Source: a virus
Lineage: Duplodnaviria > Caudoviricetes
Virus record (IMG/VR): IMGVR_UViG_3300033076_001354
Span: 64,001-128,000 of that record
DNA: 64,000 bases
Direction: 5' to 3' (one strand)
Shown: positions 1-8,900 of the stretch, in pieces
How the letters are laid out: the number at the start of each line of letters is the position of its first letter
How positions within the stretch are numbered: the first letter of the stretch is position 1
Notes under the pieces: generated by a model
Databases searched by the model: none
The model's input: the letters and a program-made list of their open reading frames with translations, nothing else
Told to the model about the DNA's origin: nothing
Translations under genes and position numbers: made by a program

Positions 1-89
1 AAGACATCTACGCCGTACAGAATAAGTTTCTCTTGATCGAGTCGTCGGACGTCACGGTCTCGCTCGTTCCATTCGTCGGTAACAACTAA
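1..89 (+). CDS. 3' end of probable baseplate wedge subunit gp6 (partial)
   Basis: Open frame from nt 3 (DIYAVQNKFLLIESSDVTVSLVPFVGNN*) ending in TAA that overlaps the next ATG (TAATG); position directly before gp7. Confidence 0.55.
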   Translation, partial: DIYAVQNKFLLIESSDVTVSLVPFVGNN

Positions 90-2050
90 TGCTTCCTACC
101 ATTGAGAACATATCGAATCTAGTCGAGAATCAGTTCCCAAGCTTCTACAAAGAAGAGGGACCGAAGTTCATCGCGTTCGTCAAAGCCTACTACGAGTGGC
201 TCGAAGAGACTGGAAAGACGAATGATCTCGGCAGGAACCTGTTCTCATTGAGAGACGTCGACTCAACGACGACGCAGTTCTTAGATGAATTCCGGAAGAA
301 GTACCAGTACGTAATTCCAAAGAACATTCCCGGTGATACGCGATTCTTACAGAAGCACATCCTCGACCTCTACAGGGCGAAGGGATCGATCGACGGACTC
401 AAGCTCTTCTTCAGGCTCCTCTACAACGAAGACATCGACGTCTACATCCCATCATACGACATCCTCAAGCCGTCCGACGGTAAGTGGATCGAGCGGAAGT
501 ACATCGAGGGATCGTACAGCGACTACAACCAATTCTTTGAAAACAAAGCGATAACGGGTTCTCAGTCGGGCGCGACCGCTTACGTTGAAGCTTACGTCAA
601 GAACTTCATCAACGGTCGCGTGATCCACTTGTTCTTCTTGAGCGATATTCGCGGATCATTCGTCGTCGGTGAAAGGATAGCCTACGACGGTCTCGACTTC
701 AACTTGGCTCCTAAGATTCAAGGATCGCCGGTTACCATCGACGTAACCGGCACTACTCCGAACAACGCGACGGGCGACACCCTGCTTCCGTCGGCCGCTA
801 ACGGATCCGGCGTTGGACTCAAGACGCTCGCGTCTTCCGTGCGAATCGCGGGCTCGGCAAACGCCACGATCGACTTTAAGATCGTCGATGGGGGTTCTGG
901 ATACACTACTTCACCAAGCATCACGATCTCCACTGGATCCAACACGACTGGTACGGGCGCAACGTTCTCAGGCGTCATACTGAGCAACGTCTCAAGCTTC
1001 TCGTACTCCTTGAGCTACATAAACAACCTAATCAACAGGATCGCCAACCAGTCGTTCAACGCTTTAACTTCTGTCGCGAATACGACTGAATACATCTCAT
1101 TCGCGAACAACACCTACGCCAACGGTGACTACGTTCAATACACGGCTGCGGCTGGAAACACCGCGCTCTCGGGATTATCGAACGGAAGCTACTACTTCGT
1201 CCGCGGCGCGAACTCAACCGCTCTCCAGCTCGCGGCCGGCAACACGATAACCTACAACACAAGTCCATTGAACTTGACGGCCGGTGCCAGTGAAACCGGT
1301 CACTACCTTTCTTTGGTCCCCATCACCAATCTTGCGATCAACGCGGTCACCTACGGTTCGACGCTCAACAACGCCTCGCTCAGCACCGTTCTCGACACCG
1401 CCTTGACGAGCCAAACCATATCCATCGGTAAGATCTCTCAGTTGACCGGAATCAACTTAGGTTCTGGATACGACGGGTACGTAAACATTCAGGTCACCGA
1501 GCCTAAGCTAGCGGGCTACGGGATACCTGATGGTTCGGGCGGTGTGGTCGGCAACAACGCCGTCGTCACAGGCAACGTCGTCTTGGGCACGGGTCTCGTG
1601 CAAAACGTCGTCGTTAAAAACTCAGGCTACGGCTACCATACGCTCGGTGAACCAATACAGCTCTTCAACTCCACGCAGTCGAACACGAATCAGATCACTC
1701 AGGGAACCATCAACCTAGGTGCGGTCGGCTTCAGTGAGGGTTTCTGGCAAGGAACACAGAGCTTCCTCGACAGCAATAAATACATTCAGGACAGTCACTT
1801 CTATCAAGAATACTCTTACGAAATCAAATTCGTAAAGTCGATCCATAAATACATTGATATTCTAAGAGAACTGGTGCATCCTACAGGAAACAAAGTATTT
1901 GGTAAAACCCTAATAACGGCAAAGAACGATGAACAGCAGGTCGACATTGACAACACCTTCAGTCTGTACAGGATTCTCGGCTCCGCTCTATCACCAACCA
2001 CGAACACGTCAGTCGATGTGTTTACTCTCAACGTTTCAAGGCTAGTGTAA
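89..2050 (+). CDS. Baseplate wedge initiator, gp7-like
   Basis: N-term QFPSFYKEEGPKFIAFVKAYYEWLE...LYRAKGS and C-term IQDSHFYQEYSYEIK...VHPTG resemble cyanophage-type gp7; synteny gp6-gp7-gp8. Confidence 0.8.
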   Translation: MLPTIENISNLVENQFPSFYKEEGPKFIAFVKAYYEWLEETGKTNDLGRNLFSLRDVDSTTTQFLDEFRKKYQYVIPKNIPGDTRFLQKHILDLYRAKGSIDGLKLFFRLLYNEDIDVYIPSYDILKPSDGKWIERKYIEGSYSDYNQFFENKAITGSQSGATAYVEAYVKNFINGRVIHLFFLSDIRGSFVVGERIAYDGLDFNLAPKIQGSPVTIDVTGTTPNNATGDTLLPSAANGSGVGLKTLASSVRIAGSANATIDFKIVDGGSGYTTSPSITISTGSNTTGTGATFSGVILSNVSSFSYSLSYINNLINRIANQSFNALTSVANTTEYISFANNTYANGDYVQYTAAAGNTALSGLSNGSYYFVRGANSTALQLAAGNTITYNTSPLNLTAGASETGHYLSLVPITNLAINAVTYGSTLNNASLSTVLDTALTSQTISIGKISQLTGINLGSGYDGYVNIQVTEPKLAGYGIPDGSGGVVGNNAVVTGNVVLGTGLVQNVVVKNSGYGYHTLGEPIQLFNSTQSNTNQITQGTINLGAVGFSEGFWQGTQSFLDSNKYIQDSHFYQEYSYEIKFVKSIHKYIDILRELVHPTGNKVFGKTLITAKNDEQQVDIDNTFSLYRILGSALSPTTNTSVDVFTLNVSRLV

Positions 2051-2051
2051 T

Positions 2052-4118
2052 ATGCCATCGACTTATACATTTACCGCGGGCCAGATCCTCACCGCCGCTG
2101 ACTTAAACGCTAAGTTCGCACAGACCGCAGTCGACGCGGCGAACTCTTCAGTGGCAAACACCGGCACACTCGCCGAAGCAAGGCTTCCGTACCGGATGAA
2201 CCAGAACGTCCGAACGACCGACAGCGTTCAGTTCGTCGATGGTGTGTTCACAGGCAACCTTACGATCTCCGGCACCACAACTTACGTAAACACCAGCGTT
2301 CTTGACATCAAAGACAAGAACATTACTCTCGCCAAGGGATCGGCGAACAGCTCAGCCGCAAACGGTGCCGGATTCAACATCGAGGGTGCTAGCGTAAACT
2401 TCACCTACGACGACAGCAGCAACATGATGATCCTTGATCACCTGTTGAGCATAGGCAATAGCACAGTCAACGCGGTCTTTGGATACAACGCATCGCAGCT
2501 TTCAGGCGGTCAGTTCATAGGTAACGTCAACAACTACTTCCAAGTCATCGCGACGAACGCGAATAATGGCACCAGCGCTTCTGGCGACTACGTTGTTGCG
2601 GATGACCAAGGTGTAGGTAGCAATAGCTACGTTGATATGGGCATCAACAGCACCCAATGGTCGAACACACAATGGACCATCAACGGGCCGTCGGACTCAT
2701 ACCTCTACTCGCATGGCGGCGCGCTGGCCATAGGTACGGCTGAGAACTACCACACAAACTTCTTCGCGAATGGTACCCTCGCCAACAACGAGGCGATGAG
2801 GATCGATTCAGGCGCGAACGTCAACATCGGCAATACGAAAGCCGGCGCGACTTCTTTGACGATCGGTAACACGACTGTCAACACCGTCATCAACTCATCT
2901 TCTTTCAACATAAACACGGTCTTTACGGCGAACTCAACGGTAGTCAACGCGGTGTCTTATCGCGTAAACACTCAGTTCATAGCCAACTCAACCGGTGTCT
3001 ATTCTACCGGAACGGTCAACGCCAACGCATTCATGACCACGACGGTCACTGTAAACACTTTGGCGATCGCGGTCGGCTCGAACGTAACGATCAACACTAC
3101 TTCTTACAAAGTAGGCAACTCGACGGTATATGCAAACGTCGTTGCCGGTGAGTTGACCCTCTCGTCGAACAGCACGAACTCAGCTCTCATCAATTCAACT
3201 TCATTTACCGGAACTGCAAACAACGCTTCGTACCTCGCGAACGTAGCAGCAGCGGTCTACGTGCAGAACACCGACTCAAGGACCCTCTCCGGAAACTTAG
3301 CTTTCTCGGGTGCGAACGTCTACTACAGCTCGGGATTGTTCGTAGGAACTAAGCTCGTCGTAAACACCAGCACGTTCTTCGTGGGTAACTCAACGGTCAA
3401 CACGATCACTACGGAAGGTCAGATCTCACTCTCCGGCCAAACGATCAACTCGACGGCGTACACCGGTCTTTCTTATACTGCGAACAACTCATCTTACTTA
3501 GGTGGAATCGCCGCGGCGAACTACGTTGCAAACACCGGCTCCGGCTTGATTGCAAACAGCACGGGTACATTCATCAACCCGAACACCGGCATCGTGGCGA
3601 ACAGCACCGGCGTGTTCGTGAACTCCTCGTACATCGCGACGATCTCATCGAACAACGCCTCTTACTTAGGTGGCGTCGCGGCAGCGAGCTACGTCAACAC
3701 CACTGGAGCCTACACCATCTCCGGCGTGCACACCCACTCCGCGAACATGGTCTTCAGCAACGGCAACGTGATCATAGCGAACGGTGGGTTCGGTACCAAT
3801 ACACAGGTCTTGATCTCCAACGGAACCTCGATGTACTGGGGAACGTTCTCTGCGAACGACGCAGTCTCGCTGGGAGGTGTCAACGCCGCCGCCTACGTGG
3901 TCAACACAGATTCTAGAACTCTGTCGGGCAACTTAGTTCTTTCCGGCGCGAACGTCACAGTAACCGGAAACATGAGATTCGCCAATGGGTCGCAGCTCAT
4001 CGCTAACAACGGGTTCGGTACGGCCGGTCAAGTTCTCGTATCCAACGGAACGAGCATGTATTGGGGTGCCGGCGGCATCACTGTCTACTACGCTAACGGA
4101 ACGCAGGCGTATCCATAA
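2052..4118 (+). CDS. Tail fibre / baseplate-associated fibrous protein, Asn/Ser/Thr-rich
   Basis: Fibre motifs (GNLTISGTTTYVN, DKNITL, NNASYLGG, GQVLVSNG..YW); few charged residues. Confidence 0.65.
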   Translation: MPSTYTFTAGQILTAADLNAKFAQTAVDAANSSVANTGTLAEARLPYRMNQNVRTTDSVQFVDGVFTGNLTISGTTTYVNTSVLDIKDKNITLAKGSANSSAANGAGFNIEGASVNFTYDDSSNMMILDHLLSIGNSTVNAVFGYNASQLSGGQFIGNVNNYFQVIATNANNGTSASGDYVVADDQGVGSNSYVDMGINSTQWSNTQWTINGPSDSYLYSHGGALAIGTAENYHTNFFANGTLANNEAMRIDSGANVNIGNTKAGATSLTIGNTTVNTVINSSSFNINTVFTANSTVVNAVSYRVNTQFIANSTGVYSTGTVNANAFMTTTVTVNTLAIAVGSNVTINTTSYKVGNSTVYANVVAGELTLSSNSTNSALINSTSFTGTANNASYLANVAAAVYVQNTDSRTLSGNLAFSGANVYYSSGLFVGTKLVVNTSTFFVGNSTVNTITTEGQISLSGQTINSTAYTGLSYTANNSSYLGGIAAANYVANTGSGLIANSTGTFINPNTGIVANSTGVFVNSSYIATISSNNASYLGGVAAASYVNTTGAYTISGVHTHSANMVFSNGNVIIANGGFGTNTQVLISNGTSMYWGTFSANDAVSLGGVNAAAYVVNTDSRTLSGNLVLSGANVTVTGNMRFANGSQLIANNGFGTAGQVLVSNGTSMYWGAGGITVYYANGTQAYP

Positions 4119-5917
4119 TGTCTAATATAACTACAAAGTACTTCAGCGAAAAAATCGGCGAGTCGATCAAGCGCGAGATAGCGAACGGCGTCTACTACTT
4201 CGCCGTCGGTAGGTACACTCCTTGGCCGGATGAAGACAATCCAAACACCGCCTACGACACCACCGACTCGATCAACGAGTTCTCAAGGCACTTGGTCGCC
4301 GGCAAGCGCGTTAAGAGTGAAGACGTCACGAACTTGATCCGCAGGTACTTCTGGGGCAGCGGCAACACCTACGCCATGTATGACGACACCGACACCGAGC
4401 TGTACAACAAGCAGTTCTATGTGATCAACTCATCCGAAGCAGTGTATAAGTGTTTGTTCAACAACGGCAACACCGCTTCTACTTCAGAGCCTACTCTCGT
4501 TCAGAATAATATATTTCAGACCGCCGACGGCTACATGTGGAAATACATGTACTCGATTAGCTCATCGAACAATACGAAGTTTTCGACCGGATCATACATA
4601 CCCGTCGAACCCAACACAACCATCACCGCCGCGGCGGTTAACGGCGCGATCGATGTCGTTATACTCACGAATCCAGGCGTCGGCTACACCGGATACATCA
4701 CGGGCTCAGTCGCGCAGGTCATCTCCAATACGCTGTTCAGGTTGACTTCAACCTCGGCTCTCTCGGTCGACAGCTTCTACTACAACTCATCGGCGTTCTA
4801 CATCTATAACGGTACGGGCGAAGGCCAGCTGACGAACATCTCAAACTACGTCGTCAATGGTTCTGGTTACTACGTCTATACCGAAGACGCGTTGAACAGC
4901 CCAGCGCTCGACGCCACGTCTGAGTTCCGTATAGCTCCACAGATTCGCATCACAGGTGATGGATCGGGCGCGAAAGCCATCTGCACCGTCAATACCTCGA
5001 CAGACGCTTTGATGGGCATCGACGTCATCAGTCCAGGAAACAACTACTCCTACGCGAATGTACAGATCATATCGAACCCGTCATACGGTTCAAACGCGAC
5101 TGCGAGGGCAATCATCCCTCCCTTCGGTGGACACGGCTACGACGCCCACGCCGAACTGGGATCTAAGCTTCTCGGCTTCTCCGTCTTCTTCAACAACAAC
5201 GAGAGCGGATCGATCTCTACCGAAGTCTCGATTCGTCAGGGCGGACTCATCAGCTCACCGCAGAAGTACACAAAGCCCGCATACGCGAACGTAGCTTTCA
5301 ACGCCTTGACTGCCGTATCAAACACCGACGACACCATTGCGATCACAAACGCAAACACCTACTTCAACTACGGCGACAGGGTGATCTATAGGACCGACAC
5401 CGGAAACAACGCGATCGGCGGTCTGGCGAACGGTACACACTACTACGTGTCTTCGGCGAACTCAACGAAGATCAAGTTGGCAGCGACTCTCGATGGAACA
5501 TCCATCAACCTAACCGCAGGATCTTCTGAGACCGGTCACAGGCTCTTCACGACCAATACGTTCTCGACGAACACTTTCAACGCGCTGACGACACTCTCGA
5601 TCACCACCGGATTGAACACATTCACGAACAGCGAGATCATCACTGGAACGACTTCTGACGCGACTGCGAGGGTGGGTTTCGCCAACGCGACCACGGCGAA
5701 GGTCGTCATGATCTCAGGCAACTTCATATCGAACAGCACGTTTGGTGAAACTATTGTCGGAGAAACATCGGGCGTATCGGCAACTATCAATACAAACGGT
5801 ATAAATAATCCTGACATAGAACAATTCTCATTCAGAGTCTTGCACATAGACAACGTTGAGTACATCCAGCGCTCAGACACCGAGAATGAGCAGGGTTATT
5901 TGATAATAACGATTTAA
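4118..5917 (+). CDS. Baseplate wedge subunit gp8-like
   Basis: Motifs FYVINS..VYKCLFN, TADGYMWKYMY, IIPPFGGHG typical of T4-like gp8. Confidence 0.85.
   Translation: MSNITTKYFSEKIGESIKREIANGVYYFAVGRYTPWPDEDNPNTAYDTTDSINEFSRHLVAGKRVKSEDVTNLIRRYFWGSGNTYAMYDDTDTELYNKQFYVINSSEAVYKCLFNNGNTASTSEPTLVQNNIFQTADGYMWKYMYSISSSNNTKFSTGSYIPVEPNTTITAAAVNGAIDVVILTNPGVGYTGYITGSVAQVISNTLFRLTSTSALSVDSFYYNSSAFYIYNGTGEGQLTNISNYVVNGSGYYVYTEDALNSPALDATSEFRIAPQIRITGDGSGAKAICTVNTSTDALMGIDVISPGNNYSYANVQIISNPSYGSNATARAIIPPFGGHGYDAHAELGSKLLGFSVFFNNNESGSISTEVSIRQGGLISSPQKYTKPAYANVAFNALTAVSNTDDTIAITNANTYFNYGDRVIYRTDTGNNAIGGLANGTHYYVSSANSTKIKLAATLDGTSINLTAGSSETGHRLFTTNTFSTNTFNALTTLSITTGLNTFTNSEIITGTTSDATARVGFANATTAKVVMISGNFISNSTFGETIVGETSGVSATINTNGINNPDIEQFSFRVLHIDNVEYIQRSDTENEQGYLIITI
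5800..5807 (+). promoter_or_regulatory. T4-type late promoter TATAAATA
   Basis: Exact TATAAATA inside the gp8 3' end, ~120 nt upstream of the 1928-aa gene. Confidence 0.6.
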
Positions 5918-5925
5918 GGACCGCC

Positions 5926-8900
5926 ATGCCCACGCAGCTTAGCAACAACATCTCCACGGTAATCAGCACGACTTACCTCGATGATTTCAGTGAGTCGAAC
6001 AGGTACTATAAGATCCTGTTCAGGCCGTCTACCGCTGTGCAGGCAAGGGAACTCAACCAGATCCAGTCGATCCTTCAGAATCAGATCTCAAGGCTCGGCG
6101 ACTACAGCTTCAAAGACGGCTCGATCGTCGACGGCGTTCACATCACTTACAGGTCTAAGCTTCCGTTCGTCAGGTTGAATGATACATTCACGACGAACAC
6201 CTCTCAAGCCGTCACCGTATACGACAACAACTACCTCATCACCAACAGCTCGAACGGTACTATCGCGGTCAAAGCCTACATCGCCTACTCGGCGCGTGGA
6301 TATAAGGCCAACTATCCAGACACCAATCGCTGGTACCTCACCTACGTTCAGACGGGTAAAGACGGCTCGAACAACGACGTCAATGAGTTTCAGTCGGGCG
6401 ACACTCTCTATGTCTACGACACGACTCAGACTAAGTCGGCGGCGCTCGATGCCGGTAAGCTCATCGATACCATCACGATGCTTACGACTAACGCGACTGT
6501 CAACGCCACTGGTTACGGCTATGGATTGACTGTCTCAGACGGCGTCATCTATCAGAAGGGTTTCTTCTCGACCGTCAATACTCAGACGATCGTCGTTCGC
6601 AACTATGACCAGAACGTAAACAACTACGTGGTTGGCTTTGAGACCACTGAGACGATCGTCACCGAGAACCAAGACTCCTCACTCTACGACAACGCGATCG
6701 GTTCACCGAACTACAACGCTCCAGGTGCCCATCGCCTCAAGTTGACTCCGACACTCGTAGCAAAGCTTCGCACGGAAGCGTCGAACAACTTCTTTGCGAT
6801 CGCAGAGTTTGAGAACTCAACGACGGTTACACAGAAAGCTTCGCTCGATCCAAGCGCGCAGCTCATGGCTTCGATGGCCAAGAGGACCTACAACGAGTCG
6901 GGCGACTACGTCGTTCGTCCCTTCTTCCTCGATTCGGAAGCCGACGCTGCGAACACCTCGGCGTTCTACTACAAGCTTTCACCCGGTCTGGCTTACGTCA
7001 AGGGTTATGAAGTCGAGAAAGTCTCAGACGTATACGTCAACTCACCTCGAGCCGTCAATACAAACATTGAGCAGAACATTGGCATCACCTGCAACATGGG
7101 CAACTATGTTGTAGTCGACGAGGTCGAAGGTCTGTTCAACAACGAGACCCTCGCCGAAGTCACCCTCTACGATACTGCTCAGAACTCACTCTCGGATCGT
7201 GAAAACGCAAGCGCGTCGCCGTCTGGCTCGATCGTAGGCTACGCGAACGTTCGCGGCATGCAGCACTTCAGCGGAACCAAGGGTCTCTACACTACTCAGT
7301 ACGCCCTATACATCTTCAACATCCGCATGAACTCCGGCAAAACTTTCGCCAACGATGTTAAAGCTTTCTATCAAAGCACCGGCGTTGGATATGCAAAGGC
7401 CGACGCGGTTCTAGAATCCGGTGTAACTGTCCTTAAAGACTCAACACTCGCGGCAGCTGTGTTCCCAACGGGCTTCGGCGCGGTAAAGACTCTCGTGGTC
7501 AACGGCGCGGCTTCTTCGGACACGACCTTCAACTTCCGTCAGATCAGCTCGACCACGATGGCGTCGAACGGTTCGGCGATCTTTAACCTCGACACCGCGG
7601 CAGCGGGCGGCACGGAGCGGCTAGGGATCTCGGTCGGCAACTATACTTCGGCTGCCATCCTCAATCAATTCAACGTCGTCGCTGGAGCCGCGGCTTACAC
7701 GTCAAACATCGCAGGTTCTGTGTCTATAACCTCAGGCAGCGTAAACGTTACGGGTACTTCGACCACGTTTACAACGGCGATCGCGAACGGTGAACTCATC
7801 AGGGTCGCCAACTCATCGGCCACAGTCTACTATCAAGTCAACCAAGTCGCGAACAACACGTTCATGAACTTGATCAGCATTCCGGCCGCGACTTACGCGA
7901 CCTACAACGTCGCACACTTCTACCCTGAAGGTCACCACTTCAATGTAACGTCGATCAACGCGATCGCCGGCGGCATTTCCTTCAACATCAACACCGGTCT
8001 TACGCTCGCTTCCGGCTCAATGACTGTATACGCATCGTATCCCGTTAGCAAATCAACCGCCGTTCAAGCTAAGAAAGACGCGAACGAAGGGACTTGGGTC
8101 AAGATCGACTGCTCCAACAACGCGGCCACTTCGGTCGGACCATGGGACCTCGGTCTCGTCGACGTCTACAACATCAAGAACATCTATGTCGGCACGACGT
8201 ACGCGAACACCAATCCCGAGAGGAAGCAGTGGTTCTCGCTCGACAACGGTCAGCGCGATGATCTCTACGATCACGCTAAGATCTCGGTGAAGCCTGCATA
8301 CGCTTCAAGCATCACTGGATCGACTAAGCTTCTCATCGAGCTCGATCACTTCACGGCAAACACTTCTGCAGGCGTCGGATTCTTCACGGTCGACTCATAC
8401 CCGATCGACGATGCCAACACCGCGAATACTACCGCTATCACTACCGCTCAGATCCCAACGTTCCAGTCGAACAAGGGATACGTCGACCTTCGCAACGCCA
8501 TCGACTTCCGTCCGGTCAAGTACAACACCGCGACCGTAACGACGACCGTCGGTTCGGCCACGATCAATCCAGTCGTGTCGAACACCTCGTTCAACATTAC
8601 GTCGACGAATCAGTACATCGCCGAACCCGACTCAACCTTCTCAGGCGACTTCGAGTACTATCTGCCTCGCTACGACGTGGTCACCATGGACGTTGCAGGC
8701 AAGGTGCTCGCCAAAGCTGGTCAGTCTGCGGTTATACCTAAGGTGCCATACATCGAGAACGACGTCATGCCGATCGCGGAGGTGTTCGTTCCACCGTACC
8801 CGTCGCTGACAGTCAAAGAAGCTGAGACTTATAATCGCAAAGATCTCTCGATGAGGATCTCGGTCAAGACGACCAAGCGCTACACGATGAAGGACTTAAC

